DNA of 64,000 nt, taken from the NCBI GenBank assembly GCA_965218095.1, contig OZ244587.1, positions 4,576,001 through 4,640,000 on the forward strand. Direction: 5' to 3'. The notes beneath the pieces were generated by a model, which saw nothing but the letters and a program-made list of their open reading frames with translations, was not told where the DNA came from and ran no database searches. This document shows, piece by piece, positions 8,621 through 19,363 of this stretch; the stretch's first letter is position 1; each line of letters starts with the position of its first letter. Made by a program: the position numbers and the translations under genes. Source of the stretch: Candidatus Poribacteria bacterium (GTDB lineage: Bacteria > Poribacteria > WGA-4E > PCPOR2b).

Positions 8621-8788
8621 CCAGGAAAGAGAAAATGTCAGTTTTCCGCCAATTTTTCGAGTATGCCTCAACGGAAGGATGGGAGAAAAAGGCTTCCACC
8701 CTTCCAATCTTTCCAATTTTCCATTCTTCATGACATCGCAAAAACGTTATTCATGGGGAATACATCACTTTACCAGAGGTAAATTACA

Positions 8789-10129
8789 ATGCATAATCTG
8801 GGTACAAATCAGCCAACAGCTAGGTCGACGTTAGCAAGGGACTTCTACGATAGGATGAGCCAACTGTGGATTATCGACGCCCACGAGCATCTTCCCGCCG
8901 AGGCAGATCGAGTCGCCATAGAGGTTGATGCTGTATCGCTTTTCGAGAACTATCCCCGGTTCAACTTGGCCTGCGCCGGTCTACCTGAAGACCAATTTGC
9001 GGCGATGGTGAACCGAGAATTACCCCTCGATGAGCGGTGGAATATTTTCAAGGAATACCTTCCTTTGATACGTAACACCTCGTTTACGCGGGTCGCCTTG
9101 TTGGGAATGCAAGCGATGTACGGGTTCGAGGATATCACGGAGGATAATTATCAGGAACTCTCCCGTGCGATGCAAGCCGCCAATACGCCTGGCATCTATC
9201 AGCGTGTCTTCCGCGATCAGGCGCAAATTCTGGTTGCGCTGAATCAAGAAAGCTATAATGAACCATGGGAGCTTCCACCGCCGAAGAGTTTTCGTCTTCC
9301 GCAGTGGTGGGAATCCCAATTCAGCATTGCGCTGCGGTCCAATGCACTGAAACGGATTGAGGCGCATCTTGGACGTGCCTTATTATCCCTTGACGCTTAC
9401 ATTGAGGGAATCGGAGAAGTCCTCTCATACTATAAGAGGCAGGGTGTCCTTGCGGTCAAACTCAACAAGGAAGCAATCGAGTTGTGGCCAGAAAAAGACG
9501 ACGTGGTGCCCCTCTTTGACAACTTCGTGCGAAACAAAGAACAGACCTCACCTACACGAGAATCACTATCCCCTTCAGCGTACAAGGCGCTGCGCGATTT
9601 CATTGCCCATGCCATCCTGCGCTTTGCTGGCGAAATGGGATTGGCTGTTTGCTTTCATTGCGGACACAGAGCGGAATGGAGAGATTATCGCATGACGAAC
9701 CCATCACTCATGGTGCCAATCTTCCAGCATTACCGAGATGTGAAGTTCGAACTGTACCACGCCGGTTTGCCCTGGGTTCGAGAAACAGGCTTGATTGCCA
9801 GTGCTTTTCCAAACGTTTGGATTAACATGTGCTGGGCGCATGCCCTGGCATCCACATTAGCTAGGAACGCCCTCAACGAATGGCTCGACATGGTGCCAGC
9901 TAACAAGATCATCGGATTTGGCGGAGACACCCAACTCTGGGTTGAATGGACGCTAGGCGACCTCATCGTGAGCCGGCAGAACATTGCGGCGGTGCTGGCA
10001 GGACGGGTGGAGGAAGGCCTGTTAAAGGAGGAACACGCCTTCGACATTGCCAGGATGATGCTTTACGACAATCCGAAAAATCTCTATCAGCTTGAATGTG
10101 AGCGTCTCAATGACGTCGAGTATGTCTGA
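8789..10129 (+). CDS. Amidohydrolase family protein (uronate isomerase-like fold)
   Basis: IIDAHEH, FHCG, LYHAG, FGGD metal-binding motifs. Confidence 0.85.
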   Translation: MHNLGTNQPTARSTLARDFYDRMSQLWIIDAHEHLPAEADRVAIEVDAVSLFENYPRFNLACAGLPEDQFAAMVNRELPLDERWNIFKEYLPLIRNTSFTRVALLGMQAMYGFEDITEDNYQELSRAMQAANTPGIYQRVFRDQAQILVALNQESYNEPWELPPPKSFRLPQWWESQFSIALRSNALKRIEAHLGRALLSLDAYIEGIGEVLSYYKRQGVLAVKLNKEAIELWPEKDDVVPLFDNFVRNKEQTSPTRESLSPSAYKALRDFIAHAILRFAGEMGLAVCFHCGHRAEWRDYRMTNPSLMVPIFQHYRDVKFELYHAGLPWVRETGLIASAFPNVWINMCWAHALASTLARNALNEWLDMVPANKIIGFGGDTQLWVEWTLGDLIVSRQNIAAVLAGRVEEGLLKEEHAFDIARMMLYDNPKNLYQLECERLNDVEYV

Positions 10130-10250
10130 TACTGGATTAGGCTTGCTGTTTCCCATTTGGTGTGTAATAAGCCCACCTCTATATCTCCCCCCAAAGTTAG
10201 GGGGAGATATAGAGGTGGGCGTCAAATGAGACATTTCACCTAAATCGGTA
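10130..10250. mobile_element. Putative 121-bp MITE with central perfect hairpin, flanked by TGA direct repeats
   Basis: Imperfect terminal IRs TACTGGATTAGG / CCTAAATCGGTA; hairpin GCCCACCTCTATATCTCCCCC/GGGGGAGATATAGAGGTGGGC. Confidence 0.6.
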
Positions 10251-10300
10251 TGACAGACTGACACCTTACAAAGCACAATCTTCCGATTGGAGGAATAACC

Positions 10301-11158
10301 ATGGCACAAGGTCTCACCGAACAACAAGTCAAACAATTTCACGACGATGGCTTCATAATCGTGCGAGATCGCCTGTCGTCCGAGGCGATACAACCCCTAA
10401 TCAACGACCTTGAGCACCGAATCGATCAGCTCGCAACCGAAGCGATGGAACAGGGCATCCTCAATGAGACGAAAACCTTTGCCGATGCGCCGTTTAACAA
10501 GCGCCTAGCGCTGTTGACGGAAGCCACCGGACACGAGATGTTCTTTGCAAAGTTGAAAGGCAAACAGTTTAAGACATCCGGCATGTTCGCCCTGCGAACG
10601 TATCCGGGCCTGCTAGACATGGTTGAGTCGATCATCGGCCCGGAGATCATGGCGCATCACCAGTATTCACTGCGTCCGAAACTGCCTGGCGCAAGTGGGG
10701 CGGTTGGATGGCACCAGGACAACGCATTACTCGACGAGGACGGCTGGGCAACGCTGGTCGCCAACTGCTGGGTACCGCTGTCCGAAGCGTCCCGAGCGCA
10801 CGGCTGCCTCCAGGTCATTCGTGGCTCACACAAGTTTGGCATCCTGTCAAGCGGATTTTTTCACAATCCACACCCGGGCGCCAATGGCCACTTACCAGAA
10901 GGTGAACGGGTATTCTGTGAAATGCAGCCGGGCGATGTCCTGCTCATGAGCGGAGGGGTGTTGCACCAATCAGACGACAACACCACCGACACGGTTCGTT
11001 GGAGCGTCGACTCACGGTACTGCCGCACAGGCTTGCCGACGGGGCGGACAAGCCCTTCATTTGTGGTACGCAGTAAAGCGAATCCGCAAAGTGTCGCAAA
11101 AGCGGTAGATGATTGGATTCAGCTTTATATCAATGCAGGAGCGGACGTCAGATATTAA
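10301..11158 (+). CDS. Phytanoyl-CoA dioxygenase (PhyH) family protein
   Basis: WHQD, WVPL, GSH, LHQS..N...R motifs. Confidence 0.9.
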   Translation: MAQGLTEQQVKQFHDDGFIIVRDRLSSEAIQPLINDLEHRIDQLATEAMEQGILNETKTFADAPFNKRLALLTEATGHEMFFAKLKGKQFKTSGMFALRTYPGLLDMVESIIGPEIMAHHQYSLRPKLPGASGAVGWHQDNALLDEDGWATLVANCWVPLSEASRAHGCLQVIRGSHKFGILSSGFFHNPHPGANGHLPEGERVFCEMQPGDVLLMSGGVLHQSDDNTTDTVRWSVDSRYCRTGLPTGRTSPSFVVRSKANPQSVAKAVDDWIQLYINAGADVRY

Positions 11159-11340
11159 CTCAAGTGTTGTAGCAACTTTGGTGCTAGATGGTGGAGGAGA
11201 AGGCTCTATCGCGCTAACTTCACCAATAAACTGAACATAGCTGAAAGTGAGGCAAGAGAAACACAGTCTTGGCTAGAAAATGCTGTTGAGTGTGAATACA
11301 TTACGAAGGAGGTTGGTGGTGAACTTGTCCAACAACATCA
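11150..11340 (+). pseudogene. Four-helix-bundle (23S rRNA IVS / bAvd-like) protein remnant
   Basis: Manual translation WRRRLYRANFTNKLNIAESEARETQSWLENAVECEYI. Confidence 0.65.
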
Positions 11341-11436
11341 TTGGCAAGCTCGTCGCAATATCGAAATAATTTCCCGTCTTCTCGTTCCCTCGCCTCCTCT
11401 AGTTGGCGCCAGCGCAAAGCCGCTTGAGCGTTGAGT

Positions 11437-11472
11437 TCTAACCACACCCTACGGTCTAACCACACCCTACGG
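11437..11472. repeat. 18-bp tandem duplication of a GTAG-type REP-like unit
   Basis: TCTAACCACACCCTACGG x2 (reverse complement CCGTAGGGTGTGGTT). Confidence 0.8.
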
Positions 11473-11525
11473 GATGGGAAATTATAACCCAAAATTCGTA
11501 TGAAACATTGTGAGAGGGGAAAACC

Positions 11526-12686
11526 ATGAAAGTGATTACTGACCCCAGTGTGAAAACCGATCGACTGGGCGGCGTGGACGTGCCGGCAGCTGAGGTGCTA
11601 AAGCAGATGCATCAGGACCAATACATTCTCCATGCGCGCGAGGGGAAACTCACACAGGTGCCGGTGGAGAAGAACTTGCTCCCCCATGATCTAAAAATTA
11701 AACCCCAAGGCGTGCGGGTTGCCTTTGGACCGGACAGCACGATTTATGTGGCTCAACCCACCATGGTATGTAAGTCCACCGATGGCGGGCGAATCTGGAC
11801 TTCGCACAAGCGCACCGACACGGACGGATTGTTGCAAAAATCCCCATTTTTTGCGGTGCTCAACGATGGGACGTTCGTCGGCATAACCGGCGGCGGAAAC
11901 GCAAACGAGCCGGTGGCAGTGATGTCCTCTTCGGACGAGGGGCGCACCTGGCGGGAGATCTCTCAGATTAAGCCGCCGCCCAACCACTTTGGGGGGGCTT
12001 GCTGGATATTGCACACCCCGGATGACATGCTGGTGTGTGCAGTAGGGGCAGCGAACCATGTTTTCAAATCTGTTGGTGGTACACTGAGGTTGATATCTGG
12101 TGGTGGTCGGCTGCGGACGTTCCGCTCCACGGATGGAGGCAAAACTTGGCAAGATCCCGCAACGGTGGCAGATTGGGGCAGTGAGGGCGGGTCGACACAA
12201 ACAGCTTCAGGCAAGTTGTTAGCGGTCATCCGCTATCAGCGGCCGCCGCTGCCCGGGGATCCACCCGACCTGGAGAAGCAGACAGGAAGCATTTCCCCAG
12301 GCTGGCCCTACAAGCATGTCTTTCTCGCCGATTCCCCGGACCAAGGGCTGACTTGGAGGAACTTCCGGCAATTGGCAACAGTCTTCGGCCAGACGCTTGG
12401 TTATCCTGCCGCGCTCAGGGATGGCACCGTGGTGGTCATTCATGACACGCGCTACGGGCCGGGGCCGCCGGGCAGTCGGGCGATGATTAGCCGTGATGAA
12501 GGACAAACCTGGGAGGACGAGGTCTATTACATGGACTACACCACCTTCACCGGTTGCTACAACACGAGCGTGGTGTTCGAGGACGATACCATCCTCACCA
12601 TTGCCGCATCGAGCCAGGCGGGTAATTCCTGGGATGCTGTTGCCGGCAACACTGACTTAATCGCGATTCGTTGGAAGCCTGTTTAA
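11526..12686 (+). CDS. BNR/Asp-box sialidase-like protein
   Basis: Five S-x-D-x-G-x-x-W Asp-boxes. Confidence 0.85.
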   Translation: MKVITDPSVKTDRLGGVDVPAAEVLKQMHQDQYILHAREGKLTQVPVEKNLLPHDLKIKPQGVRVAFGPDSTIYVAQPTMVCKSTDGGRIWTSHKRTDTDGLLQKSPFFAVLNDGTFVGITGGGNANEPVAVMSSSDEGRTWREISQIKPPPNHFGGACWILHTPDDMLVCAVGAANHVFKSVGGTLRLISGGGRLRTFRSTDGGKTWQDPATVADWGSEGGSTQTASGKLLAVIRYQRPPLPGDPPDLEKQTGSISPGWPYKHVFLADSPDQGLTWRNFRQLATVFGQTLGYPAALRDGTVVVIHDTRYGPGPPGSRAMISRDEGQTWEDEVYYMDYTTFTGCYNTSVVFEDDTILTIAASSQAGNSWDAVAGNTDLIAIRWKPV

Positions 12687-12712
12687 GTAGAATAGCTTTA
12701 CGACTTGTGCTA

Positions 12713-13562
12713 GGTTCTGTTGACATTTGAGTATAAGGTTGTGGCATAATAGAAGAATGACGCCAATAACCTTACCTGATGACCAATGGAATAAGATATA
12801 CCGGTTTCTTCTTAGCTGTCCCACCATCTATGTTGGCGACGAAGCTTCTACACGCCGCTTCGTCGAAGCCGTCCTGTGGGTGACTCGTAGCGGGGCTCAA
12901 TGGAGACTTCTACCAGACACCTATGGCAAATGGAACACCCGCTACAAGCGATTTGCTCGATGGTGCGACAAAGGTATCTTCACACAGATGCACCCCCACT
13001 TCGCCTCTGACCCCGATATCGAGTCGCTTATTGTGGACAGTACCATCTGCCGCGCTCACCCGTGTGCGGCGGGCGCCTTAAAAAGCTGGCGCCTTAAAAA
13101 AAAGGGTGGCACTGAAAACCAAGCATTAGGTCGGTCTCGGGGCGGTTTCAGCACAAAAATTCACATCACAGTTGACGGACTAGGCAATCCGCTAAGAATT
13201 CATCTGACCCCCGGTCAGAGACATGACATAACTGAGGCGGAAGGGTTGATAATCGGATATAACAGTGAATATGTGATTGGAGACAAGGGGTACGATTCGG
13301 ACGCTTTTATCGCTGTTATTGAGGCGAATGGAGCGATTGCGGTGATACCGCCCAAAAGTCATCGTGTTGACCAAAGAACGTATGACAAACACTTATACAA
13401 AGAGAGACATCGGGTTGAATGTTTCATCAACAAGATAAAATGGTATCGTCGTATCTTCTCTCGGTTTGAGAAGCTAGCTGTCCGTTATTTTGGATTTCTC
13501 AGCTTTGTCGCCACTCTTATATGGCTCCCTTTATATGGCTCCCTTGAAATGTCAACAGAACC
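12713..13562 (+). mobile_element. IS5-family (IS427-like) element, copy 1; likely transposase start 12757; stop lost through a 14-bp duplication
   Basis: 16-bp IR GGTTCTGTTGACATTT, TA/CTAG target; IVDST, GDKGYD, RHRVE motifs. Confidence 0.93.
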
Positions 13563-13738
13563 TAGCAACGCATTCCCCATTGATTGTTGGACTCACCAAC
13601 CGGGAACAAATTCTCTGTTTTGCCAAAAACCCTTCTGGTGCTACTTCAATCGTGCGTGGAAGTGAGCATCCAAAGTTAAAAGATTGGCAAGGGCAGGTCG
13701 ATTTAGGAACCCTATACGCGACAGGAGTTTTGGGATGA
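13563..13738 (+). pseudogene. C-terminal fragment of an ABC/AAA_21 ATPase (MAD3-like), truncated by IS5
   Basis: ATHSPL..EQILCFAKNPSGATSIVRGSEHPKLKDWQG..LG; overlaps the next ATG. Confidence 0.6.
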
Positions 13739-14369
13739 GGACAGTAAAGCAGGAACGGAGAGATTTGGTTGTCTTGGTTGCCGATAGCCATTAGAAGCAA
13801 ACTGTTGCGACATTGCTTAAACGACCTCAATCTCTGGGTATACAGGAGGTGTCTATTGATATTGATTCGGACATTTTCTCCCATCCTAATCGCGATCCGG
13901 GAGTGTTCCATGAAGCGGGACGTTTTCTGGCAGTCTTTGCCCAACAGTACGAACATGCCTTAGTGTTAATTGATGCAGAGTGGGAAGGCAGCCCCGCGAG
14001 TGCAGAGGAGATCGAGAAAAAAATCCAAGACGATTTGAACAGAAACGGCTGGGAGGGACGGAGTGCAGTCATTGTGATTGATCCAGACTCGAAATCTGGG
14101 TATGGAGTTAGTCACGTCATGTGCCCGAATTATTCGGAATGGATTGGGAGACGATAAAAGATCTGGGACATCAGACAAATTACTGGCAGGAGGGAGAAAC
14201 TAAACCTTCTCGCCCGAAAGAGCTTTTAGAGGAAGTACTTCGTCGTACCAGAAAAAGGCGTTCCGCTGCACTGTATCGACAGTTGGCACGAAAGGTGGGC
14301 TTGAGAACGTGTCGAGACGATTCTTTTTGCCGCTTCCGTGAAATCCTGCAACAGTGGTTTCCCGCATAA
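13735..14369 (+). pseudogene. MAD4-like (methylation-associated defence) protein pseudogene
   Basis: DLVVLVAD..LLKRPQSLGI..HPNRDPGV..YEHALVLID..IDP.LEIW; in-frame TAG 13792 and frameshift near 14088; family assigned from memory. Confidence 0.6.
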
Positions 14370-14400
14370 AGATTGGCACCTCAAAAGGAGGATCTACCTC

Positions 14401-14805
14401 ATGAAAACAGACAACGCAACAAAACTAACCAAACCCGTTATCATCTACGATGGAGAGTGCAATTTCTGCTTGAACGGTATCCGCCGCATTCAGAACAAAG
14501 ATCAAGCGGAGCAGTTTACCTATACCCCCAAACAAACCCCCGACCTCTACACGCACTATCCACAGCTTGAAGCCATTGAATCTAAAGAAGGGATGCGATT
14601 CATTGACTCAAACGGGAAGGTCTATTACGGAGCGGATACCATCTACCAGATTTATAGGCGACTTGGCAAGTATCGCTATATCACATGGCTCTACGTTGTG
14701 CCCGTCATTCGGACGCTGCTGAAGGGGGCGTACCTGATTATCTCGAAAAATCGGTCACGTTTGGGCAGGTCGGACTGTGAATCTGAAACCTGCTCTATTG
14801 AATGA
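14401..14805 (+). CDS. DCC1-like thiol-disulfide oxidoreductase (DUF393)
   Basis: IIYDGECNFC, Y..IS.NR; RBS AGGAGG. Confidence 0.85.
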   Translation: MKTDNATKLTKPVIIYDGECNFCLNGIRRIQNKDQAEQFTYTPKQTPDLYTHYPQLEAIESKEGMRFIDSNGKVYYGADTIYQIYRRLGKYRYITWLYVVPVIRTLLKGAYLIISKNRSRLGRSDCESETCSIE

Positions 14806-14826
14806 TAAACTTGTTCAGGCAAATAG

Positions 14827-16548
14827 TTGGAGGATGAAATGTCACTCTCAAAATCTGTAGATTCACAAAGCCACCTCGACTGCTCTCAAATGCGCGGCTG
14901 GGATATCGTGGTCGCCGATGCGGCGATTCCCGCCGAAAAGTATGCGGCGGAAGAATTTCAGCGATGGTTTGGTCGCGCAACGCGAATGAGACTGCCGCTG
15001 CATGCGTTGGCTGAATCCGTGACACACCACGTTTACATTGGTCCGGATGCAGCATCTCTTCACTCCGCCACAATGGGAGAAGAGGAAGTGCGGATTGTGG
15101 TTGAGGGCGATTGGGTAGTCATCGCCGGTGGACGTCCACGCGGGACGCTCTACGGGGTATACCAGTTTCTCGAAGATTACCTCGGCGTCCGCTTCCTCAC
15201 ATACGACCACACGTATGTTCCAGATGCGTCGGTGTTGAAGATTCCCTGTGGGATGTATAGCTACAATCCGCTGTTTTCATTCCGGTGGAGCTTCTACCGT
15301 GAGAATACGGAGCACCCCATATTTGCGGCGCGACTGCGGGTCAATACCGTCACAAACGATGAACGGCTAGGTGGCAAAACCGGACAGACGCTCATCAACC
15401 ACTCCTTCCATGCGTTGGTCCCCTTCAGTGAATACGGGGCAGACCACCCCGAATATTACGCTCTGGTTGATGGGAAACGCGATACGCGCACGCACGGCAG
15501 TGGTCCCCAATTATGCGTCACCAACCCGGGGAGCATTGAGGTTGCTGCAGCGGCAGCGATTAAATATCTGGATGGACACCCCGAACTCAAAAATGTCAGC
15601 GTCAGCCAAGCCGACACGGATGCCTACTGCAAATGCGACCATTGCGAAGAACTCAACCAGCGTGAAGACTCGCCGATGGGCGCTCAACTCACGTTTGTCA
15701 ACGCTGTTGCGGAGCAGGTTGAGAAAACGCATCCGAATGCCAAAGTTGGGACGCTCGCGTATTGGTACACCCGCAAACCACCGAAGACCGTCCGCCCACA
15801 GCATAACGTACAGATTCAACTTTGCAGCATCGAGTGTTGTACGCTGCACTCAATCGACAATCCAAATTGCGAGAAGAATCGCGACTTCTGCCGAGATATG
15901 GACGAATGGGGAAAAATCTGCGACGACATCTGGATCTGGAATTACAACACCAATTTCCGTGCTTACGACCTGCCCTTCCCTAATCTTCGGGTTATCGGCC
16001 CAAACGTGCGCTATTTCCTGCGAAACAACACCAAGGGCGTGTTCATGCAAGCAAACGGCAATGGTCTGACTGGCGAGCTCTGCGATTTGCGGAACTATAT
16101 CATCGGATGGCTGATCTGGAACCCCGACCTCGATGACAAGGCGCTTTGCGAGGAATTCATCAAATTGCACTACAAGGGCGCGGCGCAGCCAATTCTGGAT
16201 TACATCAACATGCTTCACGATAACGCCGACGCAAAGGGGGTTCATCCGAATTGCTTTCCATCGCCAGAGGAGGTTGGGCTGGACGCAGAGATTTCGCAGA
16301 GAGCACTTGACTACTTTGAGCAGGCGCTCACCCTGGCGGACGACAGCTTTGTTCGGGCGCGGGTCGAGAAGACTTCCATCTGCGCTTACAAGGCGATGAT
16401 TGTCGCAGGCGGAGAGATGGAGGCTGCGGAGCGTGAAAATCTCATCGACCGTTATATTGAATTGTGCGAGCGTTATCAGATGACCCATGCTTCGGAGGGT
16501 CAGCTTGCCTCCGAGTATTTTAAGGAGCTCAAGGCGATAGAACCGTAG
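14827..16548 (+). CDS. DUF4838 domain protein
   Basis: RGTLYGVYQFLE..LGVRF, HPEYYAL, QLC, CKCDHC, TLAY motifs. Confidence 0.85.
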   Translation: MEDEMSLSKSVDSQSHLDCSQMRGWDIVVADAAIPAEKYAAEEFQRWFGRATRMRLPLHALAESVTHHVYIGPDAASLHSATMGEEEVRIVVEGDWVVIAGGRPRGTLYGVYQFLEDYLGVRFLTYDHTYVPDASVLKIPCGMYSYNPLFSFRWSFYRENTEHPIFAARLRVNTVTNDERLGGKTGQTLINHSFHALVPFSEYGADHPEYYALVDGKRDTRTHGSGPQLCVTNPGSIEVAAAAAIKYLDGHPELKNVSVSQADTDAYCKCDHCEELNQREDSPMGAQLTFVNAVAEQVEKTHPNAKVGTLAYWYTRKPPKTVRPQHNVQIQLCSIECCTLHSIDNPNCEKNRDFCRDMDEWGKICDDIWIWNYNTNFRAYDLPFPNLRVIGPNVRYFLRNNTKGVFMQANGNGLTGELCDLRNYIIGWLIWNPDLDDKALCEEFIKLHYKGAAQPILDYINMLHDNADAKGVHPNCFPSPEEVGLDAEISQRALDYFEQALTLADDSFVRARVEKTSICAYKAMIVAGGEMEAAERENLIDRYIELCERYQMTHASEGQLASEYFKELKAIEP

Positions 16549-16786
16549 ATTTCGTAGAATAGCGCGGATTCTGATTTTCCCATAACTGCTCAAGTGGTAA
16601 AATGAACAGGAGTTGGAAATCAGCGCGATCACCTGAAGGTTACTTGACAAGAGACATAGTTGATAGGGAACAGCGGATAGGCCTGACATGGGAGAGGCTA
16701 ACGAGTAACAACAAAGACATTCGAGGTCAGAGGAGGCATTTGGATATCCTCCTCTGACAGAAAGAGCCAGAAATTTAGCCATTTTA

Positions 16787-17194
16787 ATGGCTGGCACACT
16801 GGATTTGGCTGGTTTCCGATACAGTCCAGCAGTTGGGGTCATGACCCATTCTGATGGTAGTATCACTGTGGCCGTTTCAGGTCTGGCTCAGAGAAATGTC
16901 ATCGATCACCTTGAACCGCAACTTATTGAGTTGCAGAATAAAGGTTCGATAACAGGCTACCGTTTCGGCCCTGAAATGCCTGACCCTAATCGCCCCCCTC
17001 TTCGACCGACATTATTCCCGGCTGGAACAGTTAGGACGAGTCTTGTTTGTGCTGAGATCAGATTAGGTGAAACTGCAAGAGACCATGATTCACCACCAGA
17101 TGGTATGGCAGTCGTTTGGCGGAAAGAGGGTGCGAGAGGTAGAGGCAATCCCTATCCCGATTTCTTGAGGTTTATGTGTCCATGTAATAATTGA
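16787..17194 (+). CDS. Hypothetical protein
   Basis: 135-aa ORF, no recognised motif. Confidence 0.35.
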   Translation: MAGTLDLAGFRYSPAVGVMTHSDGSITVAVSGLAQRNVIDHLEPQLIELQNKGSITGYRFGPEMPDPNRPPLRPTLFPAGTVRTSLVCAEIRLGETARDHDSPPDGMAVVWRKEGARGRGNPYPDFLRFMCPCNN

Positions 17195-17215
17195 TCTTTG
17201 GTGCTAGTTGGTGAG

Positions 17216-19363
17216 TATACTTACCCCCATTGTCTAGACAAAAATGAACGATATTTAAGGTGGAAAAGCTAACCAATTCGGTCAGGTTTGAACGCCTGAT
17301 ATTATTGGAAATACACCGGGTATGGTGTTTGATAATTGAGGGATTGATGAAGTTGCCGTCGATTGTAGAAGTTGAAATAGCGTTTCAATCCACACAAAGC
17401 CGCGTTAACTGAGTCATAGTCGTTGATATAAACATCTTCATACTTCACGCCTCCGCCAGAACCGTTCAATGAAGATGTTATCAAAAACGCGGCCGCTGCC
17501 CGCCTAGCTGATGGCAACATAAGCTGCTTTGAGTCGAGCGGTAAAGGCGTCAGAAGTAAACTGACTGCTCTGATCGCTGTTGAAAATCAAGGGCTTGGTT
17601 CGGCTGAGAGCCCGTTGGAGAGCTGACAGACAAAAGAAAACGTCTAGGGAGTTTGAAGGTTCCCATGACAACACATAACGAGAAAACCAATCGATAATCG
17701 CTACCAGATAAACAAAGCCATTGTTCAAGCGAATATAGGTGACGTCAGTTGCCCAGACCTGATTCGGTTTTATGATACCTAACTCCTTCAGCAGATAGGG
17801 ATACTTTTTCGACGGTTTGCCCATGCCAGAGGTTTTGGGCTTGAGATAGATGGCGGCCAATCCCATCTTCCGCATCAACCGAGCCACCCGTTTGGGATTG
17901 ACAACCTGTCCTTGGGAACGAAGTCATGCGGTCAACCGTGGCGCCCCGTAGAACGGCGTCTTCGTGTACTGCTCATCTAACAGACGAATATATAGCAAGT
18001 TTTGTGGCGACTCTGCTACCGGCTGATAGTAGAACGAAGCTCGAGCCAATCCCAGCAGTTGGCATTGCTTCAAAATCGACAGAGAACAACGCCCCTGTTC
18101 AACAAGCTCCCGCTTCTGTTCAACGGAGCGGTTCTGTTTTTTTTGTAGCCAGTCCAGTTCTACCTTCAACTGACCGATTTGCGATATAGTTCTGCGACTA
18201 GGTTCTGTTGACATTTCAAGGGAGCCATATAAGAGTGGCGACAAAGCTGAGAAATCCAAAATAACGGACAGCTAGCTTCTCAAACCGAGAGAAGATACGA
18301 CGATACCATTTTATCTTGTTGATGAAACATTCAACCCGATGTCTCTCTTTGTATAAGCGTTTGTCATACGTTCTTTGGTCAACACGATGACTTTTTGGCG
18401 GTATCACCGCAATCGCTCCATTCGCCTTGATAACCGCGATAAAAGCGTCCGAATCGTACCCCTTGTCTCCAATCACATATTCACTGTTATATCCGATTAT
18501 CAACCCTTCCGCCTCAGTTATGTCATGTCTCTGACCGGGGGTCAGATGAATTCTTAGCGGATTGCCTAGTCCGTCAACTGTGATGTGAATTTTTGTGCTG
18601 AAACCGCCCCGAGACCGACCTAATGCTTGGTTTTCAGTGCCACCCTTTTTTTTAAGGCGCCAGCTTTTTAAGGCGCCCGCCGCACACGGGTGAGCGCGGC
18701 AGATGGTACTGTCCACAATAAGCGACTCGATATCGGGGTCAGAGGCGAAGTGGGGGTGCATCTGTGTGAAGATACCTTTGTCGCACCATCGAGCAAATCG
18801 CTTGTAGCGGGTGTTCCATTTGCCATAGGTGTCTGGTAGAAGTCTCCATTGAGCCCCGCTACGAGTCACCCACAGGACGGCTTCGACGAAGCGGCGTGTA
18901 GAAGCTTCGTCGCCAACATAGATGGTGGGACAGCTAAGAAGAAACCGGTATATCTTATTCCATTGGTCATCAGGTAAGGTTATTGGCGTCATTCTTCTAT
19001 TATGCCACAACCTTATACTCAAATGTCAACAGAACCTAGTTGGTTGCTGTCAGAAGAAGCCTGCGTGCGTTCGTTTGTAAAGATTTGAGGCAATTCTTCG
19101 AGCACCTGTTTTTTCCATTTGCTCACTTGATTGAGGTGGACTCGATATTCACTGGCAATCTGAGCGATAGTTTGTTGATTGTTTATCGCTTCAATAGCGA
19201 CCTGCGCTTTGAATCGTCCATCGTACTGTTTTCTCCGAGTCATGGGATATAAACTCCTTTCTTTTTCTTGGGGTTTCTGAGCCATATTTTCGCCCAGATG
19301 ATGACCGTTTTGCCAGTCGGAAATCCACCTTAGTCACCTGTCTAGTTTTTGGAGGTAATTATA
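17216..19363 (-). mobile_element. Degenerate IS3-family element interrupted by IS5 copy 2
   Basis: OrfA RKQYDGRFKAQVAIEA..QVSKWKK; OrfB PNQVWATDVTY, FNSDQ, KYEDVY; IRs TATAATTACCTCC..CTAGACA / TATACTTACCCCC..CTAGACA. Confidence 0.9.
18201..19036 (-). mobile_element. IS5-family element, copy 2 (uninterrupted transposase 18216..18992)
   Basis: Same IRs and CTAG target as copy 1; near-identical sequence. Confidence 0.93.

Noticed and set aside
15850-16866. 338-aa minus-strand ORF (similarly 53604..54785 and 63103..63873)
   Set aside because: Antisense shadows of well-supported genes, with no motifs
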